Shown one piece after another: positions 24,082-36,888 of a stretch of DNA of 43,820 nucleotides. The DNA is from Octopus bimaculoides. Lineage: Eukaryota. Every line of letters starts with the position of its first letter. The stretch's first letter is position 1. The notes under the pieces were generated by a model, which did not search any database, was not told where the DNA came from, and saw only the letters and a list, made by a program, of their open reading frames with translations. The position numbers and the translations under genes are program-made. The stretch lies in assembly GCF_001194135.2 (NCBI RefSeq), contig NC_068982.1:69734322-69778141 (forward strand), given 5' to 3'.

Positions 24082-24420
24082 TGTTATACTTTAGTTAATA
24101 AGAGAGTTGGAGTGAGTGAGAGGTGGAGTAAAAGTGAGAGAGAGGAGGAGGAGTGTGAGTAGGTGAGGAAGGAGCAGAGAAAGATGTATAATAAGGCCAA
24201 ATGCACCGCGTTATTAGTTGAAAGGAGAGGCAAAGAGCGAGAGAAAAAAATGACGAGAGAAAAGAAAGAGAGAGAAGTATTAACGACGTGCTGTAGGGTG
24301 TGAAGGGAAGGGTAAAGAGAGATATGTTTAGGATACAATATTTGGCAGAGGGTGATGTTCTGGTAGTGAGTTTAAGAAAAGACAGATAAAGAGAGATGGT
24401 CAGGCGAGGCAGTTACATTA
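24082..24420 (-). repeat. GA-rich repeat, Penelope-tail or LTR-like fragment
   Basis: Strong purine bias; partial similarity to 13050-13130; TG...CA ends but no TSD. Confidence 0.35.
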
Positions 24421-24424
24421 AGAA

Positions 24425-24458
<34 letters not shown>

Positions 24459-24569
24459 GTAGTTCGCATTTGTATTGTCAAAGTAGAAATACATCCACAA
24501 CATGGAAATGAAATGTGCTTTGTTACTGAAAACTATAGTGATGATGATGATGATGATGATGATGGGGAG

Positions 24570-24715
24570 TGTTGATAATGAAAAGAAGATCTTTTATTGA
24601 ACTAACTCTATAGTATTATTCTACGTGTTCGTTCACACTTTATGCGTTAGCTTGGAAGCGTGGAGGAGATGAAGCGATAGAGAGGAAGAGGGAATGTGAG
24701 AGAGGAGACAGCCAG
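24570..24715 (-). repeat. Second copy of the LTR-like repeat
   Basis: Aligns with 21266-21410. Confidence 0.6.
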
Positions 24716-25614
24716 CCGATTCATTATGCTGTCACCCATGTGGTTAGTGGAAGTGAGAGGTGAAGAGAAAGAGAGAAATGTTAAAGACATGAAGAGAGGT
24801 ATTATAAGGTTAAAAAGTTAGTTGAAAAGGTAGAGAGAAAGAGAGAAATACAAAGTACTTAGCAGAGAGAAATTTTAAAATCGTATTATATATTATTGTG
24901 ACTGGAAGTGAAATAACTTAGCGAAATAAAAATAAAAAGACAAATCAACCTTTCTTTCTTAAATAGTTTCTCTTAATATTCTTCGTTCTGTGGAATTTCC
25001 ACGGGCCCACTAGTATTGTTTATTACGTTAGCAAAAAACTTGACATGAAGAGAGAATTTTTGAGTAGGAAAACATAGCCTTAACACCTTTTCGAATGTTA
25101 TTAGCGATGTAAATAAATCGAAATCGCTCTAGTTAAGCTTAGTAAAAATATATTTACATGGAGCACAGAAAAGAAAAAGAAAAAATACAGAATACGAAAT
25201 ACGAAAATATATGAATTCATAATTTGACAGTTGTTTCAGGAAACCCGGAGTTATCTAATAATCATAATCATAAATTGCAGACGAAATATGCAAAATGTCA
25301 TGGGTATATAACCGGTAAACAGTCATATAGTGATATTACAATAAATCCGGCTTCCCTCATCAAGAGAACATAGGCAAATGCGGTTCATGTAGTAATGGTA
25401 GCGAAAACAAACTGTTAAAGAGGAAAGGAAGCAGAACGAGATCAGGGATCAATTAATGTATTGCAGTGAAATTCTTGTTTCTGTCATGGTTCTTTCGATA
25501 TATCACAATCAGATTTTACTGTAGTTAGTTTGCCCTGGAATTTATTAAAGAATTTTAATTAAACATCAGTTATTTTGTTCTTGAATAAAAATAAGTTGAC
25601 TAACCTAATTTTAT

Positions 25615-25859
25615 TCTTTTATTCTTTTCTCTTTCACTTGTCTCAGTCATTGGACTCTGGCCGTGCTGGGACACTGCTTTAAATGGGTTAACTAATCACA
25701 ATGATTCCAGTTCTTATATTTTTTTAACGTCTGATACTTATTTTATGATTGTCTTTTGTTGAACCGCTAAGTTACGGGGACGTAAACACAGCAACACCGG
25801 TTGTCGAGCAGTGATGGGAGACAAACACAGAAACAAAGACACACACATAGGTATATTGG

Positions 25860-25860
<1 letters not shown>
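25615..25860 (-). mobile_element. SINE-like repeat with CR1-type tail
   Basis: Homologous to 13480-13714. Confidence 0.8.
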
Positions 25861-25891
<31 letters not shown>

Positions 25892-26709
25892 NNNNNNNNN
25901 NNNNNNNNNNNNNNNNNNNNNNNNNNNNNNNNNNNNNNNNNNNNNNNNNNNNNNNNNNNNNNNNNNNNNNNNNNNNNNNNNNNNNNNNNNNNNNNNNNNN
26001 NNNNNNNNNNNNNNNNNNNNNNNNNNNNNNNNNNNNNNNNNNNNNNNNNNNNNNNNNNNNNNNNNNNNNNNNNNNNNNNNNNNNNNNNNNNNNNNNNNNN
26101 NNNNNNNNNNNNNNNNNNNNNNNNNNNNNNNNNNNNNNNNNNNNNNNNNNNNNNNNNNNNNNNNNNNNNNNNNNNNNNNNNNNNNNNNNNNNNNNNNNNN
26201 NNNNNNNNNNNNNNNNNNNNNNNNNNNNNNNNNNNNNNNNNNNNNNNNNNNNNNNNNNNNNNNNNNNNNNNNNNNNNNNNNNNNNNNNNNNNNNNNNNNN
26301 NNNNNNNNNNNNNNNNNNNNNNNNNNNNNNNNNNNNNNNNNNNNNNNNNNNNNNNNNNNNNNNNNNNNNNNNNNNNNNNNNNNNNNNNNNNNNNNNNNNN
26401 NNNNNNNNNNNNNNNNNNNNNNNNNNNNNNNNNNNNNNNNNNNNNNNNNNNNNNNNNNNNNNNNNNNNNNNNNNNNNNNNNNNNNNNNNNNNNNNNNNNN
26501 NNNNNNNNNNNNNNNNNNNNNNNNNNNNNNNNNNNNNNNNNNNNNNNNNNNNNNNNNNNNNNNNNNNNNNNNNNNNNNNNNNNNNNNNNNNNNNNNNNNN
26601 NNNNNNNNNNNNNNNNNNNNNNNNNNNNNNNNNNNNNNNNNNNNNNNNNNNNNNNNNNNNNNNNNNNNNNNNNNNNNNNNNNNNNNNNNNNNNNNNNNNN
26701 NNNNNNNNN

Positions 26710-26746
<37 letters not shown>

Positions 26747-27051
26747 ATGTGTGTATATATATATATGTGTTTAAAAGGTACCCAATACCCGGATGTTTAC
26801 CTGAATAGCAAGAGTGAGGTGTTTAACACTTGTCTGCATGAAAGGAAGTGCATTCTATCGTAACTGCGCGCACCACCATGACTATAGCCACAGGTCCCCT
26901 GCCTCGACCTTCCGCAAATGACTTTCCACCAATGACCTTGGGCCCTACAAAAGGAGTTGGATTTTTTCGTTCCACCACCTTTTTCACACCAACCGCTGAC
27001 CGGTTGTGCTAATCCACCTCCTACAATAGAGAGCAGTCACTATATTCTTTT

Positions 27052-27157
27052 CCATATCGGCTAACTCTGAAGAGCGTAAAGTTATATAATCGGCTTGTTA
27101 CTTAATACTCCATTGTATTCTTTACACGAAACCGATTGATAAGACCAGCTGTGATGG
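27052..27157 (+). ncRNA. Type I hammerhead ribozyme motif, copy B (within a repeat at about 26955-27162)
   Basis: CCATATCGGCTAACT-CTGAAGA-GCGTAAAG...CTTTACAC-GAAA-CC-GATT-GA-TA-AGACCAGCTGTGATGG. Helix I is largely formable; G16.2 is changed to A. Confidence 0.7.
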
Positions 27158-27165
27158 ATATTTAA

Positions 27166-27751
27166 TCTATACATACACAAACGCAAGTTGTCTGTTTGGA
27201 TGTCTGTTTGTTGTCGTTAACGAATTTTCGTGAAACTTTGCAAACATATTAAAATAACATTCAGTTTGTTACTAGGCTCATTGAAGTTTAATAAAAAAAC
27301 TTATAATTGGATGGCTAGGGCCCCTAGAAGGGGTCCACATATATAACCAATATATTTTCCTTTAACAGCCAAGGGAAATAACCCATTCATTTTCCTTTCA
27401 TCACCCTAAACACTACCAAGCTCAAAGTTAATGGTCAAGGGATGGAAACTGACAACAGGAGAATCGTGCCCTACAACCCATTGCTGTCTAAAATATTGCT
27501 GGCCCATGTTAATTTTGAGTCGTGCATCTCTATAAAAAGTATTAAATATGTATGTAAATACATCAATAAGGACTCAGACATGGCGGTTTTGGGACTTGAA
27601 CAGGAGGGTAGGCAGGCAGATGAAATTCAGCAATATAAGTTGGGCAGATGAAATTCAGTAATATAAGTTTGTCATCAATAACTCTATTTACTTAGTTGTA
27701 AGTAGGCAATACAGTGATAGAGTTCAACGTCTGTACTAGAAATTTTTCTAG
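27166..27751 (+). mobile_element. Non-autonomous Helitron with a RepHel fragment
   Basis: A|TCTATAC 5' end with GTCTGTTTG repeats; DNRRIVPYNPLLSK..AHVNFESC.SIKSIKYVCKYINKDSDMAV...DEIQQYKLGR (27442-27651); CTAG at 27736 and 27748. Confidence 0.85.
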
Positions 27752-28177
27752 TATCGTAAACATTGCACTTCAGAATTGGTTTTTGATATCACCAAAGCCT
27801 TCCCTTTCTCTCAATAGGAATCTATCCAAAGAAAAGTAACCAGTCATTCCCACGAAAATCAGTATTTCAGATCCTGACAACTTTAAATATATTACACTCA
27901 CTTCTAGAATTTCAAACTTAATATAAATAGTCATACACAACCACGATAGTCATCTATAGGAGTTCGTCTTCCTGCTCAATAACAACAAGTATCAGTAGAA
28001 CCATGTCTAGAGAATATCTACTCTCTTTTATTAGGTATTATAAATATTAACATCAGTAAAATAATGTATTGTTCTATTATGTAACTCCCAGGAGTAGGCT
28101 GCACTTACATGTCACGTTTTGGATTGCAAATTTCCTGTTACTCTATTGCAATAGTCACCGATATTGGTTTCACATCG

Positions 28178-28300
28178 GCACCAGCATTTTATTAAAGCCT
28201 GGCACTTATTCTGTTGATATCTTATATCGAACCACTAGGTTACGGGAATGTAAACAAACCAACACCGATTGTCAAAGACAAACACAGACACTCACGCACA
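28178..28300 (-). mobile_element. Partial SINE-like repeat
   Basis: Homologous to 13560-13700. Confidence 0.75.
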
Positions 28301-29602
28301 CATACACACATATACACACGTATATATATATATATATATATATGCATACGACGGGCATCATTCAATTTCCGTCTACCAGATCCATTCACAAGGATTTAGT
28401 GAACCAGAAGCTACAGTAGAAAACACTTGGCGAAGGTGTCACGCACTGGTTGGAAACCAAATGCTTAGCGGTACTTCGCTTGACTAATACACTAAACACT
28501 TAGTTCAATCATTCCTGACCAGAACGGTAACTTCTACAAATTCTCTCACCGTTCGCATTTTACCTTCGAATCTACTGAAGTTTAAACTAAACAATAATCG
28601 CGCCCTTCTACGAGTCTGAGAATGACCTACAAAGTTCATAGGCAATGTCACATCTACCAAGAAATGCCTTGAGGTAACATGGTGGCAAAATTCTGCTGAG
28701 TTGAGTTTGCGACACGAGTTCGACCTTAATTTACTTCCTCTTCAAAATTTTGTTAGCAGTCAGCTTGACTGTAGTCTCCACCCTCAGGATGATTTTTCTT
28801 TGACACCTTAGTTTATAAAGTCTTCCGTGGGGACCTAACTGTTATTATATTATATTATCAAGCAAAATATTGAATAGAACACAGTAAGAATATGAAGTCT
28901 ATGTAAAAAACAAAACGTATCGATGCAAACAATAGATACTTTTTCGTAGATAACATGCAAAGAAAGGAACCAACAAAAAATAGAGTAGCACTGGAGCTGA
29001 GCATGAAACTTGGTCGCATTTGGGTGACGAAAATTTTGACACTTCATGAAATAAATTTAAAGGAAATACAAGAACTTTGTATGTTATTAAATTATTCTTC
29101 CTAGATGTAACTGCTTCAGTTTCAACACAGTCGCAGATTAAGTCATTTGCTTGACAAATAGATAGGTACAACTCCGAAATAAAGCTAATTAACAGGAAAC
29201 ATTTTTAAGGAGCCTATCAAACATTGAAATAAACTCTAGGTAATTTCTCTTTGCTTGTATTAGCATTTCAGTTCAAAGTGCCAGTAACCATTAAAATTTT
29301 AGTTGTTCTGATGTCTAACAATACAATTTATAATCCATATTATCACAAAGAGGCGGCATGCAAGATCATTTTAATGACCTGTTAGAACTTGCTTATATTA
29401 AACTCATATGTTCACTGAATGATAACGGAAACAACAAAGAGGACCTTGATGTACTGCAAATGCGAAAATATATTAAAATACGAGAAAAAAGTAATACATA
29501 AAAAAAAAATATATATATTTAAAAGAACACAGTTCTAAGTGGCGTTGTTATAATAAAAGAATTGATTTATTATTAAACAGTACAATGACGATTGCATGAA
29601 AG

Positions 29603-29643
<41 letters not shown>

Positions 29644-30085
29644 ATATCTATNNNNNNNNNNNNNNNNNNNNNNNNNNNNNNNNNNNNNNNNNNNNNNNNN
29701 NNNNNNNNNNNNNNNNNNNNNNNNNNNNNNNNNNNNNNNNNNNNNNNNNNNNNNNNNNNNNNNNNNNNNNNNNNNNNNNNNNNNNNNNNNNNNNNNNNNN
29801 NNNNNNNNNNNNNNNNNNNNNNNNNNNNNNNNNNNNNNNNNNNNNNNNNNNNNNNNNNNNNNNNNNNNNNNNNNNNNNNNNNNNNNNNNNNNNNNNNNNN
29901 NNNNNNNNNNNNNNNNNNNNNNNNNNNNNNNNNNNNNNNNNNNNNNNNNNNNNNNNNNNNNNNNNNNNNNNNNNNNNNNNNNNNNNNNNNNNNNNNNNNN
30001 NNNNNNNNNNNNNNNNNNNNNNNNNNNNNNNNNNNNNNNNNNNNNNNNNNNNNNNNNNNNNNNNNNNNNNNNNNNNNNNNNNNNN

Positions 30086-30225
30086 NTCCGTCGACGTCAA
30101 GTTTGCTTCTCATCCTTTCGGGGTCGATAAAATAAGTACTAGTTGAGCACCGGGATCGATGCAGTCGACTAGTACTTTCTCCCAACATTTCAGGCCTTGT
30201 GCCTTCAGTAGAAAGAATTATTATT
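30086..30225 (+). mobile_element. SINE (core plus tail type B) followed by (ATT/ATC)n
   Basis: TCATCCTTTCGGGGTCGATAAAATAAGTACTAG core; tail TTTCAGGCCTTGTGCCTTCAGTAGAAAGAATTATT. Confidence 0.85.
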
Positions 30226-30249
30226 GTCATTATTATTGTCATTATCATT

Positions 30250-30298
<49 letters not shown>

Positions 30299-31010
30299 CC
30301 ATCATCATCCTTATTATTTGTATAAAAAATACTGATTTCTAATATTAGCACGAAGTCACGAATCAATGTATATATGACAAGTACTTCATTTTCCGACTTC
30401 GGAATGATGAAAAGCAAACTTATCTATTGTAGATTCGAACTCTTTTATGTTTCCGCGATCATAATGCCATGAGATCCTTGCCTGTACCAGGCAAAGGGTT
30501 GTGTCTGAACGATGTACTTCATTTAACGTTGTTCCAGTTTACTCAGCTGAAAATGCGTAACAGCTTAGTATATATATATATATATGCAAACGTACATTTA
30601 TATGTATGTATATATATATTTATATATATTAATCAATGAAGTTCTAACTTAGTCTGATATTCACGTTTTATTATTTACAATTTTTACAATTTTTACAATT
30701 TTACAATATTGAAATAAACTACTACTTTCATGCGTTACACAATTATCAAGTTTATGTAGTGACAGCCGTGTTCCACAATTGTCAACTGTAGTGAAACAGT
30801 TTTATCCTTCAAATACCAACCGACAGGCTCCTAACTCTGCAGGTAGACATGACATACGCATTCAGTACAATACACACACCATTCATATACGCACAAATCA
30901 CACAACAGCACAACGATACATATCGCTACAATACCAACAGATGTTAATCAATACGGTAACTGACATACATACACTTCCATGTACTAATAGACAATTCTCC
31001 TATACTTATA

Positions 31011-31036
31011 CAGGGTGTGCACAAAGTCTGGGGACA
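31011..31036 (+). mobile_element. Isolated Tc1/mariner-like TIR
   Basis: TA-CAGGGTGTGCACAAAGTCTGGGGACAC; no partner found. Confidence 0.35.
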
Positions 31037-31099
31037 CGGCGATTAACGCATACTTTAAGAGATTATTATTTCTTATATTTAATTGTTTATGTTATGATC

Positions 31100-31965
31100 T
31101 TATTTACTCCATGTACCCACATGGGGATTAACACCACCCTCCTCACCGGCACCCATCATCGACCCTACCACATCACCTAATCCTTCAACTGTTCTTCTAC
31201 CAATATCATCTATTGCATCTCCTGCTCTCTCTGCCATTCTCTGTATATCGGACAAGCGAGACGCTGCTTGGCTGACCGGTTCGCGGAACATCTTCGAGAC
31301 ATCCACCTCGGCAATGACACCTCGGTCTCACGCCATTNNNNNNNNNNNNNNNNNNNNNNNNNNNNNNNNNNNNNNNNNNNNNNNNNNNNNNNNNNNNNNN
31401 NNNNNNNNNNNNNNNNNNNNNNNNNNNNNNNNNNNNNNNNNNNNNNNNNNNNNNNNNNNNNNNNNNNNNNNNNNNNNNNNNNNNNNNNNNNNNNNNNNNN
31501 NNNNNNNNNNNNNNNNNNNNNNNNNNNNNNNNNNNNNNNNNNNNNNNNNNNNNNNNNNNNNNNNNNNNNNNNNNNNNNNNNNNNNNNNNNNNNNNNNNNN
31601 NNNNNNNNNNNNNNNNNNNNNNNNNNNNNNNNNNNNNNNNNNNNNNNNNNNNNNNNNNNNNNNNNNNNNNNNNNNNNNNNNNNNNNNNNNNNNNNNNNNN
31701 NNNNNNNNNNNNNNNNNNNNNNNNNNNNNNNNNNNNNNNNNNNNNNNNNNNNNNNNNNNNNNNNNNNNNNNNNNNNNNNNNNNNNNNNNNNNNNNNNNNN
31801 NNNNNNNNNNNNNNCTCTTCTCTCTTACTCTCTTCTCTCTTACTCTCTTCTCTCTTACTCTCTTCTCTCTTACTCTCTTCTCTCTTACTCTCTTTCTCTC
31901 TTCTCTCATACCCACCTTCCCCTTCCCCCTTCATCGTCAACCCTCCCTCATAAGCCCACCCCACT
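31100..31965 (+). mobile_element. Penelope-like GIY-YIG endonuclease fragment and CT-rich 3' region (spans a gap)
   Basis: FNCSSTNIIYCISCSLCHSLYIGQARRCLADRFAEHLRDI; 15-bp CTCTTCTCTCTTACT tandem repeat at 31815-31895. Confidence 0.85.
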
Positions 31966-31967
31966 GG

Positions 31968-31998
<31 letters not shown>

Positions 31999-32039
31999 AA
32001 TGATAATGACAATAATAATGACAATAATAATTCTTTCTA

Positions 32040-32727
32040 CTTTTGGCCGTCTTCACACGTATACTCAGCCGGTGGCCAGAAATAAAGTGAAGGATGACTC
32101 GTCCGAAATAATAACATTCTTCCACTGCTCTAGGTTTTTACTCCACTCTAAATGCTTTGCAACGTTTGCTTTTGAACGTAGAGCTTTTCTGGTTGCAGCC
32201 CTCCCGTGAAATCCGGCATTGTGCAGCTCCCGGCTAACAGATTTTGTGGAAGCTGTGTTCTCGAGGCAGTCATTAAGCTCTGCAGTAATTTTGGGAGCTG
32301 TACTTTTCTGATCGTTTCTAACAATTAGCGTAAGCATCTGACGGTCCCTATCTGAAAGTTTTGATTTTCTTCCGGAGTTTTGTTTCGACGAGGAGGTTTT
32401 TCACTCTTTCTCAAAGACTGACATTACTTTCGAGACAGTACTTCTTGATACACCAAACATTTCGGCTGTTTTCGTTACGCTATCGCGTGCCATACAAGCA
32501 CCAACAATTTGACCTCTTTGAAAGTCCGATAGATCTGTCATTTTAATGACTTTTAATTACATTTTTCTGATGATATCTGGAAAGAAAGAGCAATTTCAGC
32601 AAAACATATCAAGCAACACTAATAATAAATGGAAAAAATTAAAATAAACAAGCTTTTGAGGGTTTTATAGATATTTCAAAATTACGATGCTATGGTGCTA
32701 GGTTTCCATTCTTTTGTGCAACCCCTG
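32040..32727 (-). mobile_element. Tc1 5' half, truncated
   Basis: TIR CAGGGGTTGCACAAAAGAATGGAAACC next to TA; APKITAELN..RELHNAGFHGRAA..WKNVIISDESSF. Confidence 0.92.
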
Positions 32728-32928
32728 TATACACACACACACACACATATATATATGCATAGATATATGTATGTAGATATACATACATATATCTACATTC
32801 ATATATATATATATATACATCCATATATATATAGATACATATACATACATATATATACATACATACATAAATATATACATACACACACATATATATATAT
32901 ATACCTATATATATACATAGATACATAC

Positions 32929-32964
<36 letters not shown>

Positions 32965-33937
32965 NNNNNNNNNNNNNNNNNNNNNNNNNNNNNNNNNNNN
33001 NNNNNNNNNNNNNNNNNNNNNNNNNNNNNNNNNNNNNNNNNNNNNNNNNNNNNNNNNNNNNNNNNNNNNNNNNNNNNNNNNNNNNNNNNNNNNNNNNNNN
33101 NNNNNNNNNNNNNNNNNNNNNNNNNNNNNNNNNNNNNNNNNNNNNNNNNNNNNNNNNNNNNNNNNNNNNNNNNNNNNNNNNNNNNNNNNNNNNNNNNNNN
33201 NNNNNNNNNNNNNNNNNNNNNNNNNNNNNNNNNNNNNNNNNNNNNNNNNNNNNNNNNNNNNNNNNNNNNNNNNNNNNNNNNNNNNNNNNNNNNNNNNNNN
33301 NNNNNNNNNNNNNNNNNNNNNNNNNNNNNNNNNNNNNNNNNNNNNNNNNNNNNNNNNNNNNNNNNNNNNNNNNNNNNNNNNNNNNNNNNNNNNNNNNNNN
33401 NNNNNNNNNNNNNNNNNNNNNNNNNNNNNNNNNNNNNNNNNNNNNNNNNNNNNNNNNNNNNNNNNNNNNNNNNNNNNNNNNNNNNNNNNNNNNNNNNNNN
33501 NNNNNNNNNNNNNNNNNNNNNNNNNNNNNNNNNNNNNNNNNNNNNNNNNNNNNNNNNNNNNNNNNNNNNNNNNNNNNNNNNNNNNNNNNNNNNNNNNNNN
33601 NNNNNNNNNNNNNNNNNNNNNNNNNNNNNNNNNNNNNNNNNNNNNNNNNNNNNNNNNNNNNNNNNNNNNNNNNNNNNNNNNNNNNNNNNNNNNNNNNNNN
33701 NNNNNNNNNNNNNNNNNNNNNNNNNNNNNNNNNNNNNNNNNNNNNNNNNNNNNNNNNNNNNNNNNNNNNNNNNNNNNNNNNNNNNNNNNNNNNNNNNNNN
33801 NNNNNNNNNNNNNNNNNNNNNNNNNNNNNNNNNNNNNNNNNNNNNNNNNNNNNNNNNNNNNNNNNNNNNNNNNNNNNNNNNNNNNNNNNNNNNNNNNNNN
33901 NNNNNNNNNNNNNNNNNTATATATATGTACACACAAA

Positions 33938-33980
<43 letters not shown>

Positions 33981-34134
33981 CTCCGAAGGGAGATACTGGC
34001 TCTTTTAAAAATAAATGAAGTCTTTTTAAAATAAATGGAGAGTCTAAGCGTGATAATTTTTATATGCTACTTTCAAATTAACAATAAGTAAATGAAGGGT
34101 CGAAGGATGTAAACTTTATTGGATTAATACCACT

Positions 34135-35765
34135 TTTTTTATCGGTTTCACTTCAAAGCTACGGCCATACTGGGGCACCACCGTTTTGCTACACACTTAT
34201 TTATTGAGAGCCTCCTCTGATATATGACATGTGGTGAATAATGGAGTTTGATGTTGCTGCCCTCATTTGTGTCTCCTGTCGCGAGGTAGCTTCATCTGCG
34301 ACTCTCGACAGGAAGAGATCCACTTTTCTTTTGAAAATACTTACATCCACTTTGTGTAGGCCCCACAGGCTCTTTGGGAGAATATTAAAAAGCTGTGGGC
34401 CCTTGATACTCAAGCTGTTGCAGTAACTGGTCCTGAAGCGCGACAGAATTGTTGGGATCTTTGACACTGTGCAGGAGCGACCCGTTCTGGCATTTGTGTA
34501 GCTTTCAATGCCAAAATTTTGCACAAACCCTTTCAAGTTCTTCCAGATGTATATTACTGCATATCTCTCCCACCTTCGCTCCAGAGAGTAGAGTCTTAGC
34601 TGTTTCAGCCTTTCCCATTAGTAGAGTTGTTGCAATGAGACGATCTTCTTTGTGAAGCTACGTTCGATTGCTTCATGGTCCGCTGTTAATTTTACACCGT
34701 GCGGTGACCATAGTCGGGATCAGTAGTTCAGGCGGTGGCGGACGAATGTTCTCTAGAGAACCATCATGGTTTCCTACTCTCTGGTTTTTAAGGTTCACGG
34801 GATCCAGCCAGCCAGCCAGCCGTATGTACTTTGTTGCCATCTTGGTAATGTGCACTTGGAAAGAGGCATTATCACTCAAGTCGATACCTAGGTCACGCAC
34901 TGATTTACTTTCTGGGATTGGAATACCCACTGGGCCAATGTACCCTGTAAGTTTTTCGTTCAGCTTTGGGTGCTGGTTACACAGAGCTTGGAATTTGCCA
35001 GCATTAAACTGCATATTATTGTCCTCAGCCCATCTGTGAATTGCAACCAACTCCTGTTGCAGGCGTGCAACATCGCTAGGGTTTTATATTTTCTGCGAGA
35101 CTTTCGGGTCGTCTGCGTAGCTAGCAAGGGTGGCTATCCGGGCAGCTGAGGGCATATCTGAGAGGGCCACTATGAAAAGCAGTGGTCCCAAGACAGTGCC
35201 CTGTGGAACACCACTCACTATTTGTGTTTCCTATGAGATGGTTCCATTGGCCACCACTGCCTGACTTCTATCTTTCAGAAAATCATGTAACCACTCTCCA
35301 ATATTTCCAGCTATGCCAAAATCGTGCAGTTTGTGGCATATCATACCATGATCAACTCTATCTAACGCTTTTTCAAAGTCAAAGTATATTACGTCCACAT
35401 TTGAGTTGTCGAGCAACTGCTTCAACAGTCAGTCATATTGCTGTAGGAACTGTGTCAGGCAGCTTTTACCTGGTCGAAAACCATGCTGGGTATCACTCAG
35501 CAAGTCGTTTTCTTCAAGGAATGCGATTAGTTTCGCTCTGATTATTCGTTCCGTGACTTTGCTGAAGCGTGAAGTCAGAGAGATAGCCCTCTGATTTTTG
35601 GCATCTGCTCTGCTTCCTCCTTTATGGATTGGGCATATTATTCCCTCCTTCAGTTTGCTTTGCAGCTTGCCATTTGCAAGAAAACTCTGGAAGAGAATCT
35701 GTGGTGGTTTTGCCAGAGCAAGTTTGCACGATTTGAGGAGGATTGCTGGGAAACCAAATAACACC
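34135..35765 (-). mobile_element. CR1-clade LINE, 5'-truncated and decayed
   Basis: ICPIHKGGSR..AISLTS, QHGFRPGKSCLTQ, VIYFDFEKALDRVDH, SGVPQGTVLGPLLF, YADD; 3' tail GGTGGTGCCCCAGTATGGCCG. Confidence 0.95.
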
Positions 35766-36773
35766 AAATTGAAAATAAATAATCTGCCTAAGGGACATAA
35801 TTTTTATAGGATTATTATATTTCTTCATTTAATTTTAAAATACGGTGAGGCACTCTTCTGTAGGTATGCCATATGTGTAATATAACGACACAAATAATAA
35901 CGTGTATGTGTGTATGTGCGTGTATGTGTGTGTGTGGGAGGGAAGGTGTATGACTGTAATAAGCTCCACTACTTCATATTGTTATAAGTATTACTTAATA
36001 AGTATTATTTTGCATTCATTCTATATTTATATCTGTAGAAGATCAGTTTTCATTTTTTCGCTGTCTACCTTCACAATAGAAACCATAGAAGATCACTTTC
36101 GTTTTATTCCCTACCTACCTTCAGAATAGAAACCGTAACTTAGATTTCACTCCGTTTTTCCTTTCTTTTACGTATTCCGCATCAGAATTTATAAGGTCAG
36201 CTGTCATTTTCCTATCTTACTTCAGCATATTTGTACAACTTTTCATTTGAAAATACCCATTTCTCCTAAATACAAGAAGAAACAATTTCTGTGGGGCACA
36301 TTTCATTGAGCTGTACTTTCTCACATTTACTATTGACTGATACATACATAGTGACGTTATAAGGTATGTATTTTACAAGAGACACGGTGTCAAGAACTAC
36401 GCACATGAAATCTTCAATTAAAACGGGAGTAATCTAATGAATGTGATACACGTTGTGTTGGTTACATTTTTCTACATCAGTAACTTCACGCCTGGACAAT
36501 ATATTCCGAATCTGAGAACATTTTAGGGGCTGGCAATTAAACTGCTAAAATAAGCTAGTGTTTTTCTATATTGTTCTTTTGGTATTGATTTACAATTATT
36601 TGAGAACATGATCGAAATAATGATCATAATGACGCTAAGTTCTTGTCTATATATATATATTCATTTATCCGTCAATCATCTATCTGTTTATATATCTATC
36701 TATCAATATTGTTTATATATCTATCTATCAATGTCTGTATTCTGGCTATCAATATAACACAGGCACACACGCT

Positions 36774-36815
<42 letters not shown>

Positions 36816-36888
36816 TGTGTGTGTGTATGCATGTATGTATGTATGTATGTATGTATGTATGTATGTGTGTATGTATATCTCTATCTAG

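Noticed and set aside
28899-29171. Minus-strand Cys-containing 90-aa ORF
   Set aside because: No homology, splice logic or motif.
36290-36368. Donor-like ag|gtatgt in the duplicated intron
   Set aside because: All three frames have stops just upstream in both copies.
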